Assembly: GCA_009779675.1 (NCBI GenBank)
Contig: WRDS01000002.1
Coordinates: 1-52,592, forward strand
Origin: Coriobacteriia bacterium
GTDB lineage: Bacteria; Actinomycetota; Coriobacteriia; Anaerosomatales; PHET01
DNA length: 52,592 nt
Direction: 5' to 3'
How positions within the stretch are numbered: position 1 is the first letter of the stretch; the number at the start of each line of letters is the position of its first letter. The position numbers and the translations under genes were made by a program. The notes below the pieces were generated by a model. That model made no database searches and was not told the origin of the DNA. It worked only from the letters and a program-made list of their open reading frames with translations. Below are positions 1 to 9,502 of this stretch, piece after piece.

Positions 1-1593
1 CGGGCACGCCTCTCGGTGCTCCTCTGTGTCGCGCTCGTCCTTGGCGCGCTGCCGGGGGCGGCGTGGGCAGGCGGTGCGCGCTCGGACGGCGGTGCGGCTC
101 CGGCGGTTGCGGCCGCGGATGGCATGGCATTGGAAGCCGCAGCTCCAGCTCTTACGGCATCCGGGGGGACGTCCCTCTCCGCCACGGGGCTCGTGGGATG
201 GAAGGCCATGAGCGCAGGGCTCTCGCACTCGCCCGGCATCAAGGACGACGGCTCGCTCTGAGCATGGGGGGCTAACGACTACGGCCAGCTCGGCACCGGC
301 GAGAGCGGGACGGGCACCGACAAGAGCGTCCCCACCCTCATAGACGGCCCTGCGCCCGACACGACCGCGCCGGTGTCTGGCTCGGATGCGGTGGCAAGCT
401 ACGGCGGCACGGCGGCCATCACCGTCACCGCGACCGACCCTGCCGGCGCCGGTGAGGCGGTGAGCGGGGTGCGTGAGGTAATCTGCATGCTTGACGACGA
501 CGCGCCGGTCGTCGTCCCAGGCGACGAGGCGGCCGTCACCACCTCGGAGGAGGGCGCCCACACGCTCGGGTTCTTCGCGACAGACAACGCGGGCAACGAG
601 GAGGCGCCGCACAACACCGTGACGTTCACGGTCACTGCAAACGCAGGCTCGATCACCCGCGTCTTCGGCGCAGACCGGTTCGCCACCGCCATCGAGGCGA
701 GCAAGGCGAGCTTCACGTCTGCTGACGCGGTCATCATAGCCACCGGCATGAACTACAGACGCGCTCTCGGCAAGCGCGCTCGCAGGCGTGCTCAAGGCCC
801 CGCTCCTGCTGACCCGGAAGGAGTCCCTGTCCCCCGGCGTGCTCGACGAGGCCGAGCGCCTCGGTGCCGGCGAGGCGTACATCATGGGCTCTGAGGCGGC
901 GGTGTCTGAGGATGTGGAGGAGGCGCTCGAGGAGGCCGGGCCCGATGTCTTCCGCCTAGAGGGCGATGACCGCTACGGGACGAGCGCGCTCATCGCCCTC
1001 GCGGTGGCCGAGCTCGAGGAGACAGGGGGCACAGGCTTTTCCAAGAAGGCGTTCCTGGCCCGCGGCGACAACTTCGCAGACGGCCTCGCAGCATCCCCCT
1101 TGCGTACCGGAACAAGGTGCCGGCCATCCTCACCCGCCCGGCATCGCTCCCTGGCGCGGCGGCGTCCGCCATCGAGCTCCTGGGGATAGGCGACGTCACC
1201 GTACCCGGCTCCACGGCCGCTGTCTCAGCTGCCGCCGAGGCCGAGGTGCGCGCCCTTGGCCCGCGCCCGGCGGTCAGGCGCTTAGGCGGGGCGGGCCGCT
1301 ATGCGACCGCGCAGAGGATCGCCGGGCACGCGTTCGAGGGCTCCCTTGCGACCAAGGGCTTCATCGGTGTCGCCACAGGGCTGAACTTCCCCGACGCCCT
1401 TGCAGGCGGGGCCGCGGCAGGTGAGCGTGGCGGCGTGCTCGTGCTCACCGCCCCTGACGCGCCCTCGGGCAACTGGGCGGGCTACCTGCCCGGCGCATAC
1501 GCCGGCACCAAGCCCGACATCCAGCTCTATGGGGGGTCGAACGTGTTATCCGACAACGTGTTCAACACCTTGAAGGAGATGCTCATCGACTGA
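1..1593 (+). pseudogene. Decayed CWB2 (cell-wall-binding repeat 2) surface protein with signal peptide, RCC1-like repeat and Ig-like segment; 5-prime end may lie outside the window
   Basis: Signal peptide LLCVALVLGALPGAAWA, then GWKAMSAGLSHSPGIKDDGSL-stop-AWGANDYGQLGTG. The in-frame TGA at 259-261 sits where the paralog at 20274-21469 has Trp (LLWAWGSND). CWB2 modules (GADRFATAIEASK, GDDRYGTSALIA, GAGRYATAQRIA) are recovered only by changing frame near 757 and near 1103. Colinear with the intact paralog at 27795-29195. Confidence 0.75.
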
Positions 1594-1621
1594 GGCGTGA
1601 CAAAAAGCTATCCACAGCCTA

Positions 1622-1659
1622 ACCACAACATATAGCGGTTGACCGCTATATGTTGTGGT
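1622..1659. terminator. 38-bp perfect palindrome (18-bp arms); possible terminator or insulator lacking a U-tract
   Basis: ACCACAACATATAGCGGT-TG-ACCGCTATATGTTGTGGT, 28 nt after the stop of the CWB2 pseudogene, at the left edge of the low-GC islet. Confidence 0.35.
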
Positions 1660-1780
1660 GTGTCTATTCGGCAAGTGGCTGTTTACAAAAACTCCGCGAG
1701 AATCCGGAGTTCAAAACAAAAAGATAAAACAAACCTCCGCAAATCATTTAAGCGAAATACCTCAAATCACTAAAATATAT

Positions 1781-1809
1781 CTGACAGAGGAATAGATTTC
1801 GCTTATAAT
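1781..1809 (+). promoter_or_regulatory. Sigma-70-like promoter for the AAA+ ATPase gene
   Basis: CTGACA (1781-1786), 17-nt spacer, TATAAT (1804-1809). RBS GGAGGTG lies 8 nt before the ATG at 1838. Confidence 0.5.
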
Positions 1810-1837
1810 GGTTTTGTGAATTGGAGGTGTTTGCAAT

Positions 1838-3130
1838 ATGGGACAAAACTATCTATCGCGAATTGTGGATAAAATATTGGAGGAACGCTTAGACGCGTCG
1901 GGCGCGGTTCTGATTGCGGGTCCGAAGTGGTGCGGGAAAACAACCACCGCGACGCAACAGGCAAAAAGCGTGTTGAAGCTGCAGGACCCCGACAAGATGC
2001 AGGGGTATCTTGCCGCGGCGGAAACTAAGCCGTCTCTCTTGCTGAAGGGCGAAAATCCACGGCTTATTGACGAATGGCAGATGGCTCCCATGCTTTGGGA
2101 TGCCGTTCGCAATGCCGTCGATGAAAGAGACGAAGAGGGGCTGTTTATACTAACCGGCTCGACCACCGTAGACGAATCGTCCATCATGCACTCGGGTACG
2201 GGGCGCATTTCCCGTATGGCGATGTATCCTATGAGCCTGTTTGAATCAATGGAATCAAACGGTAAAATTTCGCTTGGAGAACTCTTTAAGAATCCCGACC
2301 TTGATATAGACGGAGCGACTTCCGATTTATCCATTGAAAGCCTTGTGTTCGCGGCTTGCCGCGGCGGATGGCCGTCGAGCTTGCGCAAGAAAACCGATAA
2401 AGCGAAGCTCTTTGAAGCGCAAAATTATGTCGCCAATATATACAACAGCGACGCTTCTACCGTTGACGGCGTAAAAAGAAGCCCGGAGCGGGTGAAAGCC
2501 GTTTTACAGTCCTACGCACGGAACATCTCAACGCTTGCCACAAACAAGACCATTCTCGAGGACGTGGCATCAAATTATTCCGATATTTCCGAACCGACTC
2601 TGATTTCGTATGTTGAAGCCCTTGAAAAGCTTTATGTAATCGAGAATATACCGGCGTGGTGTCCGTCCATCCGTTCTGCAACAGCAATACGTTCAAATAA
2701 AAAGAGAGGCTTTACGGACCCATCCATTGCTGTAGGTTCTCTCGCCTTATCTCCCGAGACATTGCTGATGGATTTCAACACATTCGGGTTTATTTTCGAG
2801 TGCCTGTGTTTTAGGGATTTGAAAGCGTATTCCGCTTCTTGGAACGGACGGGTATCGTACTATCGGGACCGCTACGGGCTAGAAGCTGACTGCGTTCTGC
2901 ACCTTGCCGACGGACGGTACGCGCTGATTGAATTCAAGCTCGGTAGTAACGGAATTGAAGAAGGTGCGACGCATTTGCTGGAACTGGAATCATTGATTCA
3001 AAAAGCGAATCTGGAAAAGCGGGCAAAGCTCAGAGAACCGGATTTATTGATTGTAATCACCGGTGGCGAAATAGCATACACACGGAAAGACGGCGTGAAA
3101 ATCATGCCGATTGGGTGTCTAAAGAATTGA
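1838..3130 (+). CDS. AAA+ ATPase (AAA_14-like) fused to a DUF4143-like C-terminal PD-(D/E)xK domain
   Basis: Walker A GPKWCGKTT, Walker B-like LFILTGS. C-terminal LEADCVLHLADGRYALIEFKLG fits a D...ExK nuclease-fold motif. Strong RBS and own promoter. Clearly lower GC than the flanks. Confidence 0.85.
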   Translation: MGQNYLSRIVDKILEERLDASGAVLIAGPKWCGKTTTATQQAKSVLKLQDPDKMQGYLAAAETKPSLLLKGENPRLIDEWQMAPMLWDAVRNAVDERDEEGLFILTGSTTVDESSIMHSGTGRISRMAMYPMSLFESMESNGKISLGELFKNPDLDIDGATSDLSIESLVFAACRGGWPSSLRKKTDKAKLFEAQNYVANIYNSDASTVDGVKRSPERVKAVLQSYARNISTLATNKTILEDVASNYSDISEPTLISYVEALEKLYVIENIPAWCPSIRSATAIRSNKKRGFTDPSIAVGSLALSPETLLMDFNTFGFIFECLCFRDLKAYSASWNGRVSYYRDRYGLEADCVLHLADGRYALIEFKLGSNGIEEGATHLLELESLIQKANLEKRAKLREPDLLIVITGGEIAYTRKDGVKIMPIGCLKN

Positions 3131-3363
3131 TTCGTAATCTATCGCTTTTTCGCACAACTCATCACAATCTTCTTTCTTTATTACGCTTTTTCCAGCATGA
3201 ATCCTTTCTTTTACAGTAAAAACCTGAGAAGACTTGACAAAAGAAAAGTCTTCCGGCTTGCGGGAACACTACCAACCCTTGTATTTGTTTCGTTCTTTCT
3301 GTAAGGTCTACACTCGTTTGTGTTGTTTTGTCATGTAGATTGGACGATTGGAAGGAGGGCGAC

Positions 3364-4743
3364 ATGCGCGGACGACACCTGAGACTGTCCTTTGGCGTAC
3401 TGAAGGCAGCTCTTGCCGCAGCTCTTGCCGCAACGAAAGATGCACAGCCCATATCCGTAGGTGGTGGCCGTTTTAGCACCTCGGCAGCCAGGAGTGCGCC
3501 ACCACCAGTATCTGCTCCACACCCTTCTTTTTCTTCTTTTCGTTTTTCCCGTTCGGGAGTGTCCCTGTGTAAGAGGCTTCCAGTCCTTCTATTGGTCTGC
3601 GCTCTTGCGATGTCGGGGTTCGGGTGTAAGACCCCTGGAAGCTCCGAAGAGCCTCCTAGCGACAACAAAGGCCCCTTTAAGATCGGAGCAGTCCTTTCGC
3701 TCACTGGCACGTATGCTCCTCTCGGCGAGTCGGCAAAAAAGGCTATCGACCTCGAGGTCGGCCGTATCAATGCGCAGGGGGGGGTCAACGGGCGTGAGAT
3801 ACAGGTGCTCATTGAGGATGACGGGACCGATGAGGCAAAGTCCCTTGCAGCTGCGAGCAGGCTCATCGACCGCGAGGAAGTCCTCGCCATTATCGGCGCA
3901 TCGGGCACCGGGCAGAGCATGTCGATGCGAAGCGAACTCAACCGTGCCGGAGTTGCGCAGATCTCTTTGGCGGGCGGCACGGTCATCACTGATGACTTTG
4001 ATTCGCTTGTCTTTCAGACACCCTGGTCAAATACCCTGGTAGTCCCATACATCCTGGATGCCATGGTGGCGCGCAATGTAAGTAAGGTAGCGCTGCTTTC
4101 GGATTCGGGTGGCTATGGCAAAGACGGACGTGCGGTTATCTTGCAAGAGGCACCAAAGCTTGGTCTGGAAATCGTCTCCGACCAGACGTTTAACCCAGGC
4201 GATACCGACATGTCCACGCAGCTCACCAAAGTCCGCTCTTCCGATGCCGATGCAATCCTTTTGTGGAATGCGGGCAAAGAGGCTGCGATCATAGTTAGAA
4301 ACGCAACCGACCTCGGGTTGAATCTGCCGATGTTTGGCGGTTCCGGGCAGGCGAGGTTGGAGTTTATAGAGGGGGCGGGGGAGGCTGGCAACGGGTTTGT
4401 CTTCGCCACCGGTCGAAGCCTGGTCCCTGACAACTGGGAAAAAGGCTCAGCCCAGCATGAGGCTGTCTCAAAGTTCGCCGAGGAATACAAGGCAAAATAC
4501 GGGGAGCCGCCAGATATCTTTGCTGGTCATGCTTTTGACGCTATGGCGATCGTCGTTGCGGCCTTGGAGCGCACAGAGGGCATGCCGACTCCGGCAGAGC
4601 TGCGCGACGCGATAGAGCAGACATCCGGAATCCCTGGCTTTGGCGGAACATTCACTTTCTCGGCAAACGACCACAACGGCCTTGGAAAAAAGGATGTGGC
4701 GCTCTACGTTGTGCGTGACGGCAAATGGGAGACAGCGGAGTAG
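3364..4743 (+). CDS. livJ: Branched-chain amino acid-type ABC transporter substrate-binding lipoprotein (LivJ/LivK family)
   Basis: FKIGAVLSLTGTYAPLGESAKKAIDLEVGRINAQGGVNGREIQVLIEDDG is typical of the Leu/Ile/Val-binding family. Lipobox LLVCALAMSGFGC. Start is uncertain: ATG 3364 has RBS GGAAGGAGGG, and GTG 3559 would start directly at the lipoprotein signal. Confidence 0.85.
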   Translation: MRGRHLRLSFGVLKAALAAALAATKDAQPISVGGGRFSTSAARSAPPPVSAPHPSFSSFRFSRSGVSLCKRLPVLLLVCALAMSGFGCKTPGSSEEPPSDNKGPFKIGAVLSLTGTYAPLGESAKKAIDLEVGRINAQGGVNGREIQVLIEDDGTDEAKSLAAASRLIDREEVLAIIGASGTGQSMSMRSELNRAGVAQISLAGGTVITDDFDSLVFQTPWSNTLVVPYILDAMVARNVSKVALLSDSGGYGKDGRAVILQEAPKLGLEIVSDQTFNPGDTDMSTQLTKVRSSDADAILLWNAGKEAAIIVRNATDLGLNLPMFGGSGQARLEFIEGAGEAGNGFVFATGRSLVPDNWEKGSAQHEAVSKFAEEYKAKYGEPPDIFAGHAFDAMAIVVAALERTEGMPTPAELRDAIEQTSGIPGFGGTFTFSANDHNGLGKKDVALYVVRDGKWETAE

Positions 4744-5616
4744 ATGTCCGAGCTGCTCCAGTTCCTTATAGCCGGGGTTAAGAACGGGGCAATATACGCC
4801 TTGGTCGCACTGGGGTTCACCGTGGTTTTTGCTTCCACAGGTGCCATTAACTTTGCCCAAGGGGAGTTCTTTATGCTTGGTGGTGTCCTGGGCGTTTTCT
4901 TCCTGCGCCTGGGACTCCCCTTGCCTGCAGCAGTACTTGCAGCTGTTTTGGCCACCGCGATCATCGGTGGTGCGTTTGAAGCACTTGCAATCAGGCCTTT
5001 GAGCGCTGGGGACCCGCTCAAGATAATCATCGTTACAATAGGCGGCTCGGTCGCGCTGAGGCAGTTTGCCCTGCACATTTTTGGTCCCAATGAGATGATC
5101 ATCGCCCCGTTTTCTTCCGGGCCCCCGATCCGCTTTGCCGGTGCGGCAGTTGAGCGGCAAACGCTTTGGATATGGGGTTTGACGCTTGTGACCGTAGCAT
5201 GTCTGGCCATCGTCTACCAAAAGACAATGCTTGGCAAAGCTATGCAGGCCACCTCTCTTAGCCATGATGGTGCAAGGCTCATGGGGATAGACACAAAGAA
5301 GATGGTGACAGTCGCGTTTGTCCTCTCGGCTGCGCTGGGCGCAGTGGCAGGCCTTGCAGTCACGCCGCTCACCCAGACCGCTTTTGACGTTGGGGCGGGG
5401 ATAGGGGTCAAGGGCTTTACCGCAGCTATCCTCGGAGGGCTGGGGAACCCTCTTGCGACTGTTTGCGGGGGCATCGTGCTCGGGCTCCTTGAAAGCCTTG
5501 CCGCTGGCTATTTCGATCCCTTATATAAAGATGCGGTTGCTTTGGTAGTGCTTTTGGGCGTGCTGTTTGTGCGGCCATCCGGCCTTGCTGGCCTCATGAG
5601 GCGCGGGCGTGGCTGA
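4744..5616 (+). CDS. livH: Branched-chain amino acid ABC transporter permease
   Basis: 290-aa polytopic membrane protein. Its ATG directly follows the livJ stop. LivH-like N-terminus LLQFLIAGVKNGAIYALVALGFTVVF. Confidence 0.9.
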   Translation: MSELLQFLIAGVKNGAIYALVALGFTVVFASTGAINFAQGEFFMLGGVLGVFFLRLGLPLPAAVLAAVLATAIIGGAFEALAIRPLSAGDPLKIIIVTIGGSVALRQFALHIFGPNEMIIAPFSSGPPIRFAGAAVERQTLWIWGLTLVTVACLAIVYQKTMLGKAMQATSLSHDGARLMGIDTKKMVTVAFVLSAALGAVAGLAVTPLTQTAFDVGAGIGVKGFTAAILGGLGNPLATVCGGIVLGLLESLAAGYFDPLYKDAVALVVLLGVLFVRPSGLAGLMRRGRG

Positions 5617-6688
5617 TATGGGTGGAAAGCCGCGCCTCCCATGGGTTTCGTGGCTTATAGCCGCCGCAGTCGCCTGCATCCCGCTTGTCATCACTGATAG
5701 GTTCCTTATAAAAGTCCTCACGTTCGTCGGCTTGAACGTGTTGGTTGCTATCGGTCTGGCGCTACTTTTTGGCTATACCGGCCAAGTGTCGATGGGGCAT
5801 GCCGCTTTTGTTGGGATCGGCGCATACACCTGCGCGTTCCTTACCGTGCGGATCGGCACACCGTGGATAGTGGGGTTTGCTGCTGCTGGAGTCATCGCGG
5901 CGGCAGGCGGCCTGCTGCTTGCATTACCAAGCCTCAGGCTCAAAGGGCATTACCTTGCGATGGCGACGCTCGGTTTTGGTGAGATCATGTCGCTCATCTT
6001 TGTCGAGGCCGAGTCGGTGACCGGCGGAGTCGATGGCTTTGCCCGGATACCGCCCCCCTCGGTTGCTGGGTTCGAGTTCAAAGAGCCCGCGACGCTTTAC
6101 TGGCTCGTCTGGGCGGTGGCAGGCGTTGCGTTGCTTCTTGCCTACAACATCACCCGCTTTCGTCCGGGTAGGGCGATGCTTTCGCTCCATGGCGGCGAGA
6201 TCGGCGCAGTGGCGTCCGGAGTGGACGTGGTTGGCACCAAGATCAAGGCTTTTGTCATAAGCGCAGCGCTCGCGGGGCTCTCCGGTGCGCTCTATTCCGG
6301 GGTCGTCGGGTTTGTCTCGCCAAGCGTCTTTGTGCTGAGCTCTTCGGTCATGTATCTGGCCATGGCTGTCATAGGAGGAGCCGGTTCGCTTGCAGGCCCG
6401 GTGGCCGCGACAGCACTTTTCACCTTGCTTGAGTACCTGAATGCCCTGATCCCAAGCATGCCTGCCCCTATCGCCGAGAATCTAGGGCTTTACCAGACCG
6501 ATATCTATGGCATTGCCATCATCCTGGTGGTGATCTTTGCGCCACGAGGGCTGACCGGCCTATGGCAGCGCCGCCGCTCGGCAAGCTCGGCAAAGGGAGG
6601 CAGTCTCGCGGAGAGGCGGCAAGGCAGCTCCACGCAAGCGGATACCCCTGCGAGGCCGGAGGGCCTTGAGGAGGGGGAGGGGACATGA
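5609..6688 (+). CDS. livM: Branched-chain amino acid ABC transporter permease
   Basis: Polytopic membrane protein with GQVSMGHAAFVGIGAYT. Overlaps the livH stop. Alternative ATG at 5618. Carries a charged C-terminal tail. Confidence 0.88.
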   Translation: MADMGGKPRLPWVSWLIAAAVACIPLVITDRFLIKVLTFVGLNVLVAIGLALLFGYTGQVSMGHAAFVGIGAYTCAFLTVRIGTPWIVGFAAAGVIAAAGGLLLALPSLRLKGHYLAMATLGFGEIMSLIFVEAESVTGGVDGFARIPPPSVAGFEFKEPATLYWLVWAVAGVALLLAYNITRFRPGRAMLSLHGGEIGAVASGVDVVGTKIKAFVISAALAGLSGALYSGVVGFVSPSVFVLSSSVMYLAMAVIGGAGSLAGPVAATALFTLLEYLNALIPSMPAPIAENLGLYQTDIYGIAIILVVIFAPRGLTGLWQRRRSASSAKGGSLAERRQGSSTQADTPARPEGLEEGEGT

Positions 6689-7455
6689 CGCTCCTCTCCA
6701 TACAAGGGCTCAGAAAACAGTTTGGCGGTCTTCTGGCGGTCGATGATGTGTCCTTTGGGGTTCACGAGGGCACCATCAAGGCGCTCATTGGCCCTAATGG
6801 TGCGGGTAAGTCCACGCTCTTTAACCTTATAACCGGCTTCGAGCGGCCTGACAGCGGCGCGGCGCTTCTCAATGGGGTTGCGACTACCGGTATGAGTGCG
6901 CGTGATGTTGTACGCTGCGGTATGGCGCGCACGTTCCAAGACACCCGGCTTTTCGACAACCTTACGGTGATCGAGAATGTCATGGTTGGCACCCAGGTGC
7001 ACTACACGCCAGGGTTTTTCGCAGCCGCATTACGGCTGCCGTCCGCCCGCAAAGAAGAGAGGATGATCCAGGAGCAGGCGATACGCCTGTTGCGTCAAGT
7101 CGGGCTGGAAGAATGGGCCGGCACTCCTGCCTCCGAGCTTCCTGTGGGCATCCGGCGGCTCACCGAAATCGCCCGTGCGATGGCCACTGAGCCCACACTG
7201 CTCCTTTTGGACGAGCCTGCCGCCGGACTTAACTCGTCAGAGACCGAGGATCTCGGCGAGGCCCTTTCACGCATGCGGGACCTGGGTACCACGGTCCTGG
7301 TGGTAGAGCACGACATGGCACTTGTCATGGAGGTCTCAGACGAGATCGTCGTCATCGACCGCGGACGCAAGATTGCCGAGGGGCCGCCGCGGCTGATACA
7401 AAAGGATCCGGTGGTTGTCGCCGCCTATCTCGGCGAGGAGTATGGCAATGCCTGA
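6685..7455 (+). CDS. livG: ABC transporter ATP-binding protein (LivG type)
   Basis: Walker A GPNGAGKST, signature-region LPVGIRRLTEIARA, Walker B LLLLDEPAAG. 4-nt overlap with livM. Confidence 0.92.
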   Translation: MTLLSIQGLRKQFGGLLAVDDVSFGVHEGTIKALIGPNGAGKSTLFNLITGFERPDSGAALLNGVATTGMSARDVVRCGMARTFQDTRLFDNLTVIENVMVGTQVHYTPGFFAAALRLPSARKEERMIQEQAIRLLRQVGLEEWAGTPASELPVGIRRLTEIARAMATEPTLLLLDEPAAGLNSSETEDLGEALSRMRDLGTTVLVVEHDMALVMEVSDEIVVIDRGRKIAEGPPRLIQKDPVVVAAYLGEEYGNA

Positions 7456-8206
7456 GTCGCGAGATGTGCTCGAAGTGCGCGGGCTTTATGCCGGCTATGG
7501 ATCTGTCGGTGTTCTTCACGACGTGGGCCTCAAGGTGCGTATGGGAGAGATGGTCGCGCTTCTTGGGGCAAACGGTGCCGGCAAGTCCACCTTGCTGAAA
7601 GCCGTCCTCGGTTTCGTGGAGACGGGCAAAGGCGATATCATATTCGAAGGGAAAGCACTTGGCAAAGTCCGCCCGGAGGCGCAAATACGACGCGGTGTGA
7701 GCCTTGTGCCCGAGGGCAGGATGCTGTTCGGCCCCATGACAGTGCTTGGCAACCTTGAGCTGGGTGCGTACTCTGCGGGGCGTGGAAGGCAGCGACAGAA
7801 AGCTATATCAGCGGGGCTTGAACGGGCGTATGCGCTTTTTCCGGTGCTCAAGGAGCGTGCGCACCAGGTTGCCCAGACGCTTTCGGGCGGAGAGCAGCAG
7901 ATGCTCGCCATTGCACGGGCGCTCATGTGCAGCCCAAGGCTGCTCGTGCTAGACGAGCCCTCGCTTGGCTTGGCGCCCCGAGTGGTCGCCGAGATATTCT
8001 CGGCGCTTGAGACGCTGAGAGGCGAGGGGATGACGATGCTTATCGCCGAGCAGGACGCAAGTCTCGCGCTTAAGCACGCAGACCGTGGTTACGTGATGAG
8101 AAATGGGAAAGTGATCTTAGAGGATGCGGCGGATGCGCTGCTCGCAAACGAGCATGTGAGTGCTATCTACCTGGGATCACTTGCCGGGGAAGGGGAGGGC
8201 GGCTAA
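7442..8206 (+). CDS. livF: ABC transporter ATP-binding protein (LivF type)
   Basis: Walker A GANGAGKST, signature LSGGEQQMLAIARAL, Walker B LLVLDEPS. ATG 7442 overlaps the livG stop. The ORF is open from 7415. Confidence 0.9.
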   Translation: MAMPESRDVLEVRGLYAGYGSVGVLHDVGLKVRMGEMVALLGANGAGKSTLLKAVLGFVETGKGDIIFEGKALGKVRPEAQIRRGVSLVPEGRMLFGPMTVLGNLELGAYSAGRGRQRQKAISAGLERAYALFPVLKERAHQVAQTLSGGEQQMLAIARALMCSPRLLVLDEPSLGLAPRVVAEIFSALETLRGEGMTMLIAEQDASLALKHADRGYVMRNGKVILEDAADALLANEHVSAIYLGSLAGEGEGG

Positions 8207-9502
8207 GTGATCTGGTGCCCTGAATATGAATGCATAGACCGAGAGTCTCTTGAGGAGCTGCAGCTCAGAAGGTTGCAGATGACGGTTGCGTGGGTCTACG
8301 AGCGAGTAGGGCATTATCGTGAACGCATGGAGGAACTGGGTGTCCGCCCGCGTGACATCCGGTCCTTAGATGATGTCAGACGGCTTCCTTTTATCGATAA
8401 GTCGGCGCTCAGAGACACCTATCCGTATGGGATGTTTGCGTTGCCCCTCGACGAGGTTGTGCGCATCCACAGCTCTAGTGGGACCACGGGAAAGCCCATT
8501 GTGGTCGGGTATTCGCGTGGCGACATAAACACCTGGTCCGAACTGACCGCCCGCGTCGCAGCTTCTGCCGGGGTCAAGCGCACCGATCTTGTGCAGATGG
8601 CCTTTTTGTACGGCATGTTCACGGGTGGCTGGGGAATGCACTACGGTATCGAGCGCATAGGGGCAACCATCATTCCTGCCGGAAGCGGGCAGACTGAACG
8701 CCATCTGATGATGATGCAGGACTTTGGCTCGACCGTGCTCGTCTCCACTCCCAGCTACGCGCTTTACCTAGCCGAGCAAGGAGAAGCCGCAGGGGTCGAC
8801 CTTCGCAGCCTCCCACTGCGCCTTGGGCTTTTTGGCGGGGAGCCGTGCACCGGCCTTATGCGCAGGGAGATCGAGGGCAAGCTCGGCATCCGCGCAACGG
8901 ACAACTACGGGCTTTCCGAAGTTGTTGGCCCTGGTGTCGCCGGCGAGTGCGAGTGTGCGTGCGGCCAGCATATCGCCGAGGACCATTTCCTGTTCGAGGT
9001 CATAGATCCTGCCACTGACGAGCCTGTTGCGCCAGGAGAACAAGGCGAACTGGTGATCACCTCGCTTACAAAGGAGGCGTTTCCGGTTTTGCGCTATCGG
9101 ACTCACGACATCACGGCGATCGACACGTCGCCCTGCGAATGCGGTAGAACGCTTGCTCGGATTAAAAGCGTGCGCGCGCGCACGGATGATATGCTCATCA
9201 TCCGTGGGGTGAACCTCTTTCCGAGCCAAGTGGAAGATGTGCTGTTCAACATCGAGGGCATCAGGCCGCACTATCTTATTGTGATTGACCGGAAAAAGAA
9301 CATGGATGACCTCGAGGTACGTATTGAGATAGAAGAGGACGTTTTTTCCGATATCATGGCAAATATGGTTGCGTTTCAGCGGTCTGTGGCTGACCGGCTG
9401 CAATCAGTCCTTGGCCTTCGCGTGCGAGTGACTTTGGTAGAGCCGGGGACGATTGAGAGGACTGCGGGCAAAAGCAAGCACGTCTTAGATCTGAGAGGTT
9501 AG
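8207..9502 (+). CDS. paaK: Phenylacetate-CoA ligase family adenylating enzyme
   Basis: GTG start. AMP-binding motif SSGTTGKPIVVGYS. PaaK-like N-terminus (SLEELQLRRLQ...VYERVGHYRERMEELGV) and C-terminus (TAGKSKHVLDLR). Confidence 0.88.
   Translation: MIWCPEYECIDRESLEELQLRRLQMTVAWVYERVGHYRERMEELGVRPRDIRSLDDVRRLPFIDKSALRDTYPYGMFALPLDEVVRIHSSSGTTGKPIVVGYSRGDINTWSELTARVAASAGVKRTDLVQMAFLYGMFTGGWGMHYGIERIGATIIPAGSGQTERHLMMMQDFGSTVLVSTPSYALYLAEQGEAAGVDLRSLPLRLGLFGGEPCTGLMRREIEGKLGIRATDNYGLSEVVGPGVAGECECACGQHIAEDHFLFEVIDPATDEPVAPGEQGELVITSLTKEAFPVLRYRTHDITAIDTSPCECGRTLARIKSVRARTDDMLIIRGVNLFPSQVEDVLFNIEGIRPHYLIVIDRKKNMDDLEVRIEIEEDVFSDIMANMVAFQRSVADRLQSVLGLRVRVTLVEPGTIERTAGKSKHVLDLRG

Noticed and set aside
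259-261. In-frame TGA in the CWB2 gene as selenocysteine or a programmed read-through.
   Set aside because: The paralog has Trp (TGG) at this position. No SECIS-like hairpin follows. The same gene carries two further frameshifts. A nonsense mutation or sequencing error is the simpler explanation.
3162-3989. Long ORFs antisense to, or out of frame with, recognised genes. Examples: 3162-3989(-), 4468-5265(-), 23259-24209(+), 35530-36150(+), 38237-38914(+), 41132-41758(+), 42005-42715(+), 44834-45400(+).
   Set aside because: These are typical shadow ORFs of high-GC DNA. Each overlaps a gene with clear family motifs. They lack an RBS and have Arg/Pro/Ala/Ser-rich low-information translations.
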